In this document: one piece after another, positions 37,378 to 47,225 of the stretch
How the letters are laid out: each line of letters begins with the position of its first letter
Position numbering within the stretch: the stretch's first letter is position 1
NCBI GenBank assembly: GCA_948485625.1
Contig: CAOMRW010000009.1
Location: 272 to 64,271, forward strand
Length of the DNA: 64,000 nucleotides
Direction: 5' to 3'
Origin: an uncultured Clostridia bacterium
Lineage (GTDB): Bacteria > Bacillota > Clostridia > TANB77 > CAG-508
Notes under the pieces: model-generated
Told to the model about the DNA's origin: nothing
Seen by the model: the letters and a program-made list of their open reading frames with translations, nothing else
Database searches by the model: none
Made by a program: the position numbers and the translations under genes

Positions 37378-37478
37378 AGGATTTGGGGACGGGTCAAAAA
37401 TCCTTATTTTAATAAAAAAATCAATAAATATAAGTATTTAAAATTAAAATGGGGATTTTTAACCCGTCCCCAAATCCT
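37378..37478. repeat. inverted pair of the AGGATTTGGGGACGGGT..AAAATCC element flanking a 48-nt AT-rich spacer
   Basis: AGGATTTGGGGACGGGTCAAAAATCCT (37378-37404) and GGATTTTTAACCCGTCCCCAAATCCT (37453-37478). One mismatch between the copies when compared as an inverted repeat. Confidence 0.85.
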
Positions 37479-39122
37479 CTATCCTTCTATTACCTTTAAA
37501 ATTTGCTTCTCTAAATCTTTTATTTTTTCATTTATTCTAAATATATCTTCATCTTTCAGATCTTTATTATTCATATCATCTCTAACTAAAGCATCCATAT
37601 CCAAAATCTCATCTTTTAATTTATCAAGTCTATTTAATACTTCAACTCTCTTAGTTATTGGTAATTTTCTATCTATCTTAGAAATAAGTTCTACTTCATC
37701 TTTTAATTCATAAGTTTCACCAAAGTTAGAAATTATAACTGGTAAATTAGCATCTTGTTCTATTTTTTCTTTTAATACTTCTTGTGAATCTCCATCTCCA
37801 TGCACTAAAAATATTTGTTTTGGTTTTTCCCTAAAAGAATATATAAAATTCATTAATCCATCCTGGTCTGCATGACCTGAATATCCCTCTAAATATTCTA
37901 TTCTAGCATTTACTGCAATTTCTTCACCAAATATTTTTACCTTTTTAGCTCCATTTACAATACTATATCCTAAAGTTCCTGGTGCTTGATATCCAACAAA
38001 TAATATTGTTGAATTTGGATTCCATAAATTATGTTTTAAATGATGTTTTATTCTTCCAACATCACACATACCACTTGCTGATATTATTATACTTGGTGTT
38101 GGGTCTTGATTTAATGCTTTTGATTCATCTGCTGTTACTGTAAATTTCAATCCTGGAAATTCAAGTGGATTATCTCCTTTTGACATTTCTTCTTGTGTTT
38201 CTTCATCAAATAGGTTCATATTTTCTTTAAAAACTTCTGTTGCAGATATCGCAAGTGGACTATCTACATACACAGGTGCTTTCATCAATGTCTCATATTC
38301 TTTTAAGAATTTTTCATCATTTCTTGTTTCTTTTATTCTGTTTAATTCATATAAAATTTCTTGTGTTCTTCCCACTGCAAATGATGGAATTACAACTGTT
38401 CCATTTTTATCTAAAGTATCTGAAACTATCTCCAAAAACATTTCTGCTTTTTCTTCATTTTTTTCATGTTTTCTACTTCCATATGTAGATTCCATCACCA
38501 AATAATCAGCATCTTCTATCATTGTTGGCTCGCTTAATAATGGTATATCATTATTTCCTAAATCTCCTGTAAATACTGTTTTTGTTTGTTTTCCATCTTC
38601 TGTTACCCATAATTCAATAACACTAGAACCTAACATATGACCTGCATCATTAAATCTCACATGAATCTCTGGTGTAATATCTATAATTTCATCATACTTT
38701 ACAGGCTCAAATATCTCTAAACATCTAGCAGCTTGTTCTGCTGTATATAAAGGGTCACGTGGTTCTTTACCTTTTCTTATCCTTTTCCTATTTTTCCACT
38801 CATTTTCCATTTCTTGTATATGACCACTATCTGGTAACATTAAAGCACATAAATCGCAAGTTGCTTTGTGAGCATAAATTTTATTTTTAAAACCTTCATT
38901 ATATAATTTAGGAATTCTTCCTGAATGATCTATATGAGCATGAGTTAACAACATAAAATCAATATCAGCTGGATTAAACTCAAATTCTTTAAAATTCTCT
39001 TCTTCTAATTCTTTTTTTCCCTGCCACATTCCACAATCTACTAGAAATTTCTTTCCTGCAGCCTCTACTAAAAAGTTAGAACCTGTAACAGTTTTTGTTG
39101 CTCCTAAAAATGTAATTTTCAT
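37479..39122 (-). CDS. MBL-fold / beta-CASP RNA-metabolising metallo-hydrolase (RNase J/CPSF-like)
   Basis: 547 aa; LLTHAHIDHSG, ESTYG, beta-CASP His (GYSGHADQDGL), C-terminal coiled-coil tail. Confidence 0.75.
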   Translation of the reverse strand: MKITFLGATKTVTGSNFLVEAAGKKFLVDCGMWQGKKELEEENFKEFEFNPADIDFMLLTHAHIDHSGRIPKLYNEGFKNKIYAHKATCDLCALMLPDSGHIQEMENEWKNRKRIRKGKEPRDPLYTAEQAARCLEIFEPVKYDEIIDITPEIHVRFNDAGHMLGSSVIELWVTEDGKQTKTVFTGDLGNNDIPLLSEPTMIEDADYLVMESTYGSRKHEKNEEKAEMFLEIVSDTLDKNGTVVIPSFAVGRTQEILYELNRIKETRNDEKFLKEYETLMKAPVYVDSPLAISATEVFKENMNLFDEETQEEMSKGDNPLEFPGLKFTVTADESKALNQDPTPSIIISASGMCDVGRIKHHLKHNLWNPNSTILFVGYQAPGTLGYSIVNGAKKVKIFGEEIAVNARIEYLEGYSGHADQDGLMNFIYSFREKPKQIFLVHGDGDSQEVLKEKIEQDANLPVIISNFGETYELKDEVELISKIDRKLPITKRVEVLNRLDKLKDEILDMDALVRDDMNNKDLKDEDIFRINEKIKDLEKQILKVIEG

Positions 39123-39200
39123 ATAAAATACCTCCTCATGTCCAAAAGGGACCTTTCTTTTTAGATAAAAATATCCAAATGAGACAGAGCTTATTTTATT

Positions 39201-40769
39201 TTAAGCCCATATCGCTATTTTCTTGTTTAGTTTAATTTCTAAGTTCTCTGGTTTTGATATGTCCATCTTTTCCTCAAATATATTTTCATCAAATATTTGA
39301 ACAAAATATTTATCTTTTTCTTTTGTTATCTTTAAATATGAATCTTCTAATTTTATTATTCTAACATTAAATATATTTTTCAATATTTCATAATTTGTTT
39401 TTTTATCATCTGAAACTTTTTCTATAACATTTAAATCTATTGCCTTATCTATTATATTCTCTATCATTTCATCTATTTGTTCTTTCAATTGTTTTATTTC
39501 TTTTATACTATTTTCATAATTATATGATAATAATAAATAATATCTAAAATCATATATTATTTTTTCTATTTCTTGTCTTGTTTCTGATTTATTAATATTA
39601 ATTTTTATCATATCTATAAATAATTTTTGTAATTGAATTTTCAATATATCTAATTCTTTTTCTTTATCTTCTACATCTAAAACTTTTAAATATCTGTATT
39701 TATCTTCAAGTTCATTTTTATAATTAATAAAATTTTGCGGATTTAATATTTTATTTAAAGTCTCTAATTCTTTAAAATAATCTTCTTTTTCTTGTTCCAT
39801 TATCTTAGCTAATACTCTCATACTAAATATTTTCTTTTCTAATGGTAATTCTTCATTTCTATTTTCATATTCCTTTTGTAATAAATCCTTATTATTAAGA
39901 ATTGTGTCAATTTCTTTAACCTTTTGTAAAATATCTAATTTATCTTTTGTTGTATTTTCTATAAATTTTTCTTTATCCTGAATTTCCTGTAATTTATTTT
40001 CTAAACTTTGTTTTATATTTATTAGCTCTTTTTCTTTATCAATATTAAATTTTATACTTAATAAAATTGATATTTTTGATATTAAATCAATAATTTCATT
40101 TTTATTTTCTTTTCCATATTTATTTTCTAATTCTTCTTTAAATAATTCAAAATAATCTATTATAAATTCATTATTTTTTACCCATTTATTTAAAAATTTA
40201 TCTCCTACTAACATTCTTAGATTTTGATAAATTAAATTATGGTCTATACTTTCGATTTCTTGTATAATATTAGTCCATGAATATCCATTAAAGTCTCTTA
40301 ATGGTTCTACCATATTAATATTGTTTCCTACATTTATCAGTTCTGATAAAGTTTCATTTATTATAAAATACTTTTCTTTTATAATTTTATCTTTTTTATT
40401 AATTTTTGATATAGCATATAAAATTTTTCTTTCTATTGGATATGATATTATTTCTTTTTCATCTTTATTTATAATATATGTTTTGTTTTTTGGTATTAAA
40501 TTTTGTTCATCAGTCATTTTTATAATTTTAATTGAATCACAATCATTTTTTATAATATCTAAAATATTCGATATATATTCTTCTTTACTTTCAACACCTT
40601 TTTTAACATTTTCCAAGTCTTTATATGCTACTTCTATTTTATATAAAATACTTAGGAGAGTACTTTTTACATTTTCATCAAATTGTTTATTTTCTAAGAT
40701 TTTTTCTAATTCATTATTATAATCTTTTTTTACAATCTTATCTAATAAATTCTTTTTCTTCTGATGCAT
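39201..40769 (-). CDS. hypothetical protein, Lys/Glu/Ile-rich, largely helical
   Basis: 522-aa intact ORF between ftsK and the beta-CASP nuclease. No motif recognised. Confidence 0.45.
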   Translation of the reverse strand: MHQKKKNLLDKIVKKDYNNELEKILENKQFDENVKSTLLSILYKIEVAYKDLENVKKGVESKEEYISNILDIIKNDCDSIKIIKMTDEQNLIPKNKTYIINKDEKEIISYPIERKILYAISKINKKDKIIKEKYFIINETLSELINVGNNINMVEPLRDFNGYSWTNIIQEIESIDHNLIYQNLRMLVGDKFLNKWVKNNEFIIDYFELFKEELENKYGKENKNEIIDLISKISILLSIKFNIDKEKELINIKQSLENKLQEIQDKEKFIENTTKDKLDILQKVKEIDTILNNKDLLQKEYENRNEELPLEKKIFSMRVLAKIMEQEKEDYFKELETLNKILNPQNFINYKNELEDKYRYLKVLDVEDKEKELDILKIQLQKLFIDMIKININKSETRQEIEKIIYDFRYYLLLSYNYENSIKEIKQLKEQIDEMIENIIDKAIDLNVIEKVSDDKKTNYEILKNIFNVRIIKLEDSYLKITKEKDKYFVQIFDENIFEEKMDISKPENLEIKLNKKIAIWA

Positions 40770-40795
40770 TATACTCTCCTTTCCAAATTAAATTA

Positions 40796-43252
40796 TTATT
40801 CAACATTTTGTGGTTCTGTTCCCATTTTTAGTTCTTCTAATCTTTCTTTAGTAATTAAAACTTCTCTTGGCTTACTTCCCTGATATCCTGAGATAATTCC
40901 TCTTTCTTCCATTTGGTCTATAATTCTACCAGCTCTTGCGTATCCAACTTTAAATCTTCTTTGAATAAATGATGTTGATGCTTGTCCTTGTTCTACAACT
41001 GCATCTATTGCATCCATTAAGAATGGATCTGTTTCATCATCTTCTGCTTGTTCTTGCATTAATTCTTTTTCAGTTTTATTACTATTTTCTATTGATTCTA
41101 AAATATCTTCACTATAAGTTGCTGTTCCATTTTGTTTAACAAAATCCACTATTTTTTCAACTTCATCATCAGATACAAAAACACCTTGAACTCTGACTGG
41201 CTTTGGTGCTCCTGCTGGGAAAAATAACATATCTCCTTTTCCTAATAGCTTTTCTGCTCCTACTGAGTCTAGTATTGTTCTTGAATCTACCTGTGATGAT
41301 ACTGCAAATGCAATTCTTGATGGTACATTTGCTTTAATTAACCCTGTAATTACATCTACTGATGGTCTTTGTGTTGCTATTACTAAATGCATTCCTGCTG
41401 CTCTAGCTTTTTGAGCTAATCTACAAATTGCTTCTTCTACATCTTTTGCAGCAACCATCATTAAATCTGCCAACTCATCTACAATTATTACTATTTGTGG
41501 TAATTTTCCAAGTCCCTCTTCTTTTTCAATTGCCTTATTATACCCTTTTATATCTCTTACACCTTTTTGAGCAAATAAGTTATATCTATTATCCATTTCT
41601 TGTACTGCCCATGCTAAAGCACCAGCTGCTTTTTTAGGGTCTGTAACTACTGGTATTAATAAATGTGGTATTCCATTATATACTGATAACTCTACAACTT
41701 TAGGGTCTACCATTACCATTTTAACTTCACTTGGTTTTGCATTATATATAATACTTGTAATTATTGTATTTATACATACACTCTTTCCAGAACCAGTTGA
41801 ACCAGCTATTAAAACGTGTGGCATTTTTGCAATATCTGCTAACTGTATATTTCCTGCAACATCTTTTCCTAATGCAACAGATAATTTAGACTTATTATTT
41901 TCAAATTCTTCACTTTCTAATACTTCTCTTAAATGAACCATTTCTTTTTCTTTATTTGGAACTTCAATTCCAACTGCTTGTTTTCCTGGTATTGGAGCCT
42001 CAATTCTTATTGTCTCTGCTGCTAAATTTAAAGCTATATCATCAGCTAAATTAGCAATTTTACTTACTCTTACACCTTCTGCAGGTTTTAATTCATATCT
42101 TGTAATTGCTGGACCTACAGAAACATTCTCAACTTTTGCTGATACACCAAAACTATATAACGTTTTTTGTAATCTTGTAGCTGTATCTGTTAAAGCTTTA
42201 GCCCCACCTTTTAATGCTTTTTTAGCTGGTTTGCTCAATAGCTCAACTGGTGGATATTCATAATTTTCATCTTCAACAATCATAGCATGTTCAAGTTGTA
42301 AAACCTCCTTTGTTTTATCTTCTTTCTGTTCCTCTTCTTTTCTAAATAAATTACTTTCTTCACTTTTAAATATATTATCTTCAATAACATCTGGCTGAAC
42401 TAATTGTGCCTTTTTAGTCTCTTTTGTTAATGGTGTTAAATCATCATCCTTATGGTCATATTTTTTTCTTCCTTTTGTATCTTCATCATCTATAATTCTT
42501 CCACCAAAATTAATTTTTATTTGTTCTCCTACATTTTCATCTGCTAAAGCTTCTTTTCTTGAGTTTTCTTTCATCAATTGCTTTTCAATCTTTTCTCTTT
42601 TTCTTTCTTCCATTACTTGTTGTCTTAACTTTAATTGTTCTTCTTTTAATTGTAATCTTCTTTCTAATTTTTCTTCTCTACTTTCTTCTGTTTTTTCTAC
42701 AAAATTATTTATTATCTCTGAAATATTTATTCCAAATGTAAATACACCAAGCATTACAACAATTCCTACGCATAATATTATAGAACCAATTGGACTAAAA
42801 AGATTAACAAGTGGTGTTGCTAAAATCGCCCCCAGTACTCCTCCTCCATTTCCGTGTGCTCCAATACTATAAGCATCTTTAACTATATCCGATAATTCTT
42901 TTCCTGATATTGTTAATTCTCCTTTATTAATCTGATACACACTAATTAATACCGAAAAACTTATCAATAAAATCGCAAATTGTATCAATTTTGATGTTAT
43001 ATATTCATTATCTGCACAAGCAAGTTTTATTGCTATTGCAAAAATTCCTATTGGTAAAACATATCTAATTATTCCCATCATTCCACCTAGGACTTCATTT
43101 AATTTTATTCCAATTGCACCTGATTTTCCATATATTAATACACATAATAAAATACTTAATATTATTAATCCTACTATTGTTAAATCCATATTTGATGCTC
43201 TTTTTTTACTTACTTTTTTTGTTTGTCCTTTTTTTCTACTTCTTTTTGCCAT
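40796..43252 (-). CDS. ftsK: DNA translocase FtsK/SpoIIIE
   Basis: 818 aa; N-terminal TM domain, Walker A GSTGSGKSV, and a gamma winged-helix (ASTSFIQRRFKVGYARAGRIIDQMEERGIIS). Confidence 0.9.
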   Translation of the reverse strand: MAKRSRKKGQTKKVSKKRASNMDLTIVGLIILSILLCVLIYGKSGAIGIKLNEVLGGMMGIIRYVLPIGIFAIAIKLACADNEYITSKLIQFAILLISFSVLISVYQINKGELTISGKELSDIVKDAYSIGAHGNGGGVLGAILATPLVNLFSPIGSIILCVGIVVMLGVFTFGINISEIINNFVEKTEESREEKLERRLQLKEEQLKLRQQVMEERKREKIEKQLMKENSRKEALADENVGEQIKINFGGRIIDDEDTKGRKKYDHKDDDLTPLTKETKKAQLVQPDVIEDNIFKSEESNLFRKEEEQKEDKTKEVLQLEHAMIVEDENYEYPPVELLSKPAKKALKGGAKALTDTATRLQKTLYSFGVSAKVENVSVGPAITRYELKPAEGVRVSKIANLADDIALNLAAETIRIEAPIPGKQAVGIEVPNKEKEMVHLREVLESEEFENNKSKLSVALGKDVAGNIQLADIAKMPHVLIAGSTGSGKSVCINTIITSIIYNAKPSEVKMVMVDPKVVELSVYNGIPHLLIPVVTDPKKAAGALAWAVQEMDNRYNLFAQKGVRDIKGYNKAIEKEEGLGKLPQIVIIVDELADLMMVAAKDVEEAICRLAQKARAAGMHLVIATQRPSVDVITGLIKANVPSRIAFAVSSQVDSRTILDSVGAEKLLGKGDMLFFPAGAPKPVRVQGVFVSDDEVEKIVDFVKQNGTATYSEDILESIENSNKTEKELMQEQAEDDETDPFLMDAIDAVVEQGQASTSFIQRRFKVGYARAGRIIDQMEERGIISGYQGSKPREVLITKERLEELKMGTEPQNVE

Positions 43253-43315
43253 TTAAAATCTACTCCTTTATTACATTATTAAAACAGATTTAATTTTTCC
43301 AACTTAATATTTATG

Positions 43316-43428
43316 TTTTTACTTCTATGCAATTACATATATACTAAAATACTCTGTGTTTTTCATATGATTAGCCTCACCAGCAAAAACAAAATTTTAT
43401 TATATATGTATTTGCACAGAAGTAAAAA
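43316..43428. repeat. long AT-rich inverted repeat in the ftsK upstream region
   Basis: 28-nt arms TTTTTACTTCTATGCAATTACATATATA (43316-43343) / TATATATGTATTTGCACAGAAGTAAAAA (43401-43428), 2 mismatches, 57-nt loop. Confidence 0.75.
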
Positions 43429-43454
43429 TATAAATAAAGGAAACTTAAAAATAT

Positions 43455-43486
43455 AGGAGAGAAAGACCATCCTCCGTTTCCCTCCT
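43455..43486 (-). terminator. rho-independent terminator
   Basis: Minus-strand RNA AGGAGGGAAA-N12-UUUCUCUCCU followed by AUAUUUUU. Confidence 0.55.
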
Positions 43487-43512
43487 ACAACTTTACTTTT
43501 ATGTAAAATATA

Positions 43513-44016
43513 TTATTTCAATTCTCTTCTACTATTTTGAACAGTTTTTATAGTATCTTCAATAGATATTTCCATTAATCTTAAAGCTTCTGAAATGTTT
43601 TGTCCTAAATTATCTAGAGTTTTTGTTAAAACATCCTCTGTTTGTGATAATAATTCATCTGCATATTCCTTTGTTCCATTTGAAATTTCTCTTGACCTTT
43701 CATTAGCATTTTCTATAATTTCTTTCTTTTGTTCATAAGCTTTTCTTGTAATCTCATGTTCATCAATCATTGAAATTATTCTATTTTCTGCCTCTTTAAC
43801 AATTCCATCTGCCTCTTTTTGAGCTTCTACTAATATACGTTGTCTTTCTTCTTTTACCCATTTAGCTTGCTTTAATTCATCTGGAAGTTTTAATCTTATT
43901 TCTTTTATTAAATCTAACATTTCCTCTTTATCAACTATACCTTTAGCTGAAAATGGTAGATTTCTACTTCTTTCAATTATATCCTCTAGAGATTCTAGTA
44001 GTTCAAATATTTCCAT
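43513..44016 (-). CDS. hypothetical coiled-coil protein (family often annotated as ATPase / V-ATPase subunit-H-like)
   Basis: 167 aa; MEIFELLESLEDIIERSRNLPFSAKGIVDKEEM...KQAKWVKEERQRIL. Family assignment is from memory only. Confidence 0.35.
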   Translation of the reverse strand: MEIFELLESLEDIIERSRNLPFSAKGIVDKEEMLDLIKEIRLKLPDELKQAKWVKEERQRILVEAQKEADGIVKEAENRIISMIDEHEITRKAYEQKKEIIENANERSREISNGTKEYADELLSQTEDVLTKTLDNLGQNISEALRLMEISIEDTIKTVQNSRRELK

Positions 44017-44070
44017 GGTTTTACCCCTTTCTAAACTTTAAGCACTTTATTTTTAGAGTCTAAATGATAT

Positions 44071-44625
44071 TTACTCTACATATTCTAAAAATATCAATAT
44101 TGCTCTTCCATATTTCCTCTTATCTGTTATTTCTACATTAATTTCTTTTAAACTTTCTAAGATTTTATTATCATTATCTGTTTCTATAATTATCTTAGAA
44201 TTTCTATCTATCAATTTATTCTTTATAATAATTTCAACTGCTTTAATTACAAAATCAGAATTATAAGGAGGATCAATATATACTATATCTAATTTTTCTT
44301 TAATCTTTGTATTTAATAGCTTTTCATAATCCAAATTATAAAGTTCTATCTTTTCCTTCAAATGTGTTTTTTCAATATTTTTATTTATTACATTTACTGC
44401 ATCTTTTGCATTATCACATAATATTACTTTCTTTGCTCCTCTACTTGCAGCCTCTAATCCTATTGCACCACTTCCTGAAAATAAATCTAAAAATATTGAA
44501 TTAGGTATTTCATCTTGTATTATATTGAATAATGATTCTTTCACTCTATCTAATGTTGGTCTTGTTGCTTGTCCCTCTAATGTATATAATTTTGTTCCTC
44601 TAGCATTTCCACTTATTATTCGCAT
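44071..44625 (-). CDS. rsmD: 16S rRNA (guanine966-N2)-methyltransferase
   Basis: RIISGNARGTKL, RPTLDRVKESLFNI, DLFSGSGAIGLEAASRGA, DPPY. Confidence 0.88.
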   Translation of the reverse strand: MRIISGNARGTKLYTLEGQATRPTLDRVKESLFNIIQDEIPNSIFLDLFSGSGAIGLEAASRGAKKVILCDNAKDAVNVINKNIEKTHLKEKIELYNLDYEKLLNTKIKEKLDIVYIDPPYNSDFVIKAVEIIIKNKLIDRNSKIIIETDNDNKILESLKEINVEITDKRKYGRAILIFLEYVE

Positions 44626-44802
44626 TTTGCTTTTCTCCTATGATATAATTTTATTCTTTTTTTCATTAAAGTCAATACTATTAATAAAATTGTAATATAC
44701 ATTTAACAGTTCTGTAATATTGTTCCTAAATTGTAATAATTTTCTTTATTATTTTACAATATTCTATAATATGCAAAATCTTACTACCTGCCAAGTATTA
44801 AG

Positions 44803-44844
44803 ATACAAAAGAAAACTACCCTTTAAGGTAGCTTTCTTTTGTAT
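44803..44844 (-). terminator. terminator of divIVA
   Basis: 18-bp stem ATACAAAAGAAAACTACC (44803-44820) / GGTAGCTTTCTTTTGTAT (44827-44844), 1 mismatch. Confidence 0.65.
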
Positions 44845-44846
44845 CA

Positions 44847-45300
44847 TTAATCTTCTTTATTTATATCTTTTAATAATTCTAATTGTGAAATCAATAAAGA
44901 TTCCATTTTTGCTTTATAAATGTCAAATTGTTTTTTAACATCATCTAATTCTTTTTGTTTCATAAGTATTTCATTATTTAGTTCATCAACTTTTTTCTGA
45001 GCATTTACTTTTGCTTCATCAATTATTTGATCAGCTTTTTGCTTTGCTACATTTTTGACTTCTTCTGCTGTTGTTTGAGCCATTAAAAGTGTATTTTGCA
45101 AAGTTGATTCTATTGTTTTATATTGAACTAAACTACTATTTAATTCTTCTATTTTAGTTTTTAATTCATTAACTTCTTTATAATTTTTAGAATAGTCCAC
45201 TGTCAATTCATCTAAAAAATCATCTACTTCTTCTACACTATATCCGATTTACCATCTGCTTTGAAAATCTTTTATTTTCTATATCTAAAGGTGTTATCAT
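44847..45300 (-). CDS. divIVA: cell-division protein DivIVA, reading frame interrupted (needs a +1 shift at 45244-45246)
   Basis: ATG at 45298-45300 gives MITPLDIENKRFSKQMVNRI*. The +1 frame continues GYSVEEVDDFLDELTVDYSKNY... (ORF 44847..45206). Together they reconstitute the DivIVA N-terminal signature (TPxDIxxKxF....GYxxxEVDxFLD). Confidence 0.85.
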
Positions 45301-45327
45301 TTTTTCCTCCTAAATAGTATTAAAATA

Positions 45328-45816
45328 CTAGTTACTTACATTATTATTTCTTAACCATGAAACAGATAATTTGCTTTTCATTTCTTCTCTTGCCATTTCA
45401 TTTGTTATTTCATAGTTTGATGGTGCTACTAAGAATATTGAATTAGATACTTTTTGAATATATCCATCTAAAGCATAAACTCCACCACTAATAAAGTCCA
45501 CTATTCTTCTAGCAACATCCTTATTCACATATTCTAAATTTACTATTACAGATTTTTTTTCTTTTAGAAAACTACAAATTTCATCTGATTGTTCAAATGT
45601 TGTAGGTTGTGAAATAACCATCTTTATTGCTTGATTTTGTGCTTGTGGCATATTTACAACTTTATTATTTTTTCTTCCAAATAATTTTCTATCTTCAACT
45701 TCTATTTCTTCATCTTCATTCTCATAATCATATATGTTTTCATCTTCATATTCTTCTTCTGCTGCTGAGTCCATTCCAAATAAATCCCAAACCTTATTCA
45801 TTAATGCTCCTGACAT
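45328..45816 (-). CDS. sepF: cell-division protein SepF
   Basis: 162 aa; acidic N-terminal region, then ISQPTTFEQSDEICSFLKEKKSVIVNLEYV...IFLVAPSNYEI (SepF core). Confidence 0.85.
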   Translation of the reverse strand: MSGALMNKVWDLFGMDSAAEEEYEDENIYDYENEDEEIEVEDRKLFGRKNNKVVNMPQAQNQAIKMVISQPTTFEQSDEICSFLKEKKSVIVNLEYVNKDVARRIVDFISGGVYALDGYIQKVSNSIFLVAPSNYEITNEMAREEMKSKLSVSWLRNNNVSN

Positions 45817-45965
45817 AAAAAACCTCCTAAAAACCCTTTTTCCTATTTATTTGTTATAAGTATCTACTTTTTTTTCAATCTTGTCAATACTTTTTAAAAA
45901 AGTAATACTATTTTAATATTTTTGTAATATTATTGTAATATTAAAATATCAAATTCAATAAGCAC

Positions 45966-47225
45966 TCACTCAACCTTAGACAAATCTGGATTTAAGACCA
46001 ACTCATCATATATCATAATTCTTCTCATTGAATTAATCTGCCCATTAGTAAATCCTAGTTCTTTTAATTCATCAGTATTATAATTAGAAACAATAGCATA
46101 TTTTTCATTTTCTTTTTTCACTTTAACAAGAATCTTACTTAAATATCCAGCCCTATTTCTAACAACATACTTCAATCCATTTTCTTCAACAATAGCTTGA
46201 TTTGGCACTTTCAATCCAGTACTACTCCACCAAATTAAATCAAATGATATTTTTCTATAATTTGCAAGTTCTCCTATTTGTTTATCAATTTCTAATATTA
46301 TAAGCATTTCTTCTTCATTTTCCTGTGATACATAAGCAATCTTAGCATCTATCATTTTATTATTTGACAATCTAATTTGAACCTTTTTATCTATTTCTGC
46401 TACTCTTGCTTGTTCAGAATTAGATATTGTTGCAATATAACACTTTGAACTATCAATTATTTTACCACATTCATCATTTGTAGCAATCAATTGTCCTGTT
46501 TTCAACTTTAAGCTTTCTAGAAATTCTTTACTTATAGTTGAAAAATTATTAGGTGTTAATGTTTCTTCTAAACCATCAACTTTATAAGAGACAATTCCAC
46601 TAATTGGAGCACTTATATATTCAGCTCCTGAATTTAGTTGTTCTTCTAATTTAGTTCTTTGACCATATAACTGTTTCAAATAACTCCCTGCTGCACTTGA
46701 TTCACCAGACAACTTAGCCTTTTTAGTTATTAAATCATTAATTTGTTTATTATATTCTAACATTTTTGATATATCTGTAATCTTACTTAATACTTCAATT
46801 TTTTCATCCAATTGATTTTCTAGCAATTTTATATCAGAAGAAAATAATCCACTTTGTCCCTTTAAAGCTTCTTGTATTTGAGAATCTAATTCTGCTATTT
46901 GAGTTTTTAATGTTTCTTCATTTTTACTATAATATCTATATATAGAGTCCCCTTTTGCTGTTTTTTCACCCTCAACCTTAATTTGTTCCATTCCATTTTT
47001 GTAATTATTTCCCTTTACAACTTGTTCATTTCTTATAATATATCCAATGTTTGTTTCCTCTAAATATAAAGTCCCTTTTTCTACAGTAACTTTATTAATT
47101 GGTTGTCTCACCAACAAATAAACTGCATATATCAAATACATTACTATAAAACAAAACGCTACATATATAATCAAATTTTTCCTATTAACTTTCTTTTTAT
47201 TTGTTTTTACTTCTTCTTTTCTCAA
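45966..47225 (-). CDS. HlyD-like membrane-fusion family protein
   Basis: 419 aa; N-terminal TM anchor, long coiled-coil hairpin, beta-barrel-like C-terminal half. Assignment by architecture only. Confidence 0.45.
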   Translation of the reverse strand: MRKEEVKTNKKKVNRKNLIIYVAFCFIVMYLIYAVYLLVRQPINKVTVEKGTLYLEETNIGYIIRNEQVVKGNNYKNGMEQIKVEGEKTAKGDSIYRYYSKNEETLKTQIAELDSQIQEALKGQSGLFSSDIKLLENQLDEKIEVLSKITDISKMLEYNKQINDLITKKAKLSGESSAAGSYLKQLYGQRTKLEEQLNSGAEYISAPISGIVSYKVDGLEETLTPNNFSTISKEFLESLKLKTGQLIATNDECGKIIDSSKCYIATISNSEQARVAEIDKKVQIRLSNNKMIDAKIAYVSQENEEEMLIILEIDKQIGELANYRKISFDLIWWSSTGLKVPNQAIVEENGLKYVVRNRAGYLSKILVKVKKENEKYAIVSNYNTDELKELGFTNGQINSMRRIMIYDELVLNPDLSKVE

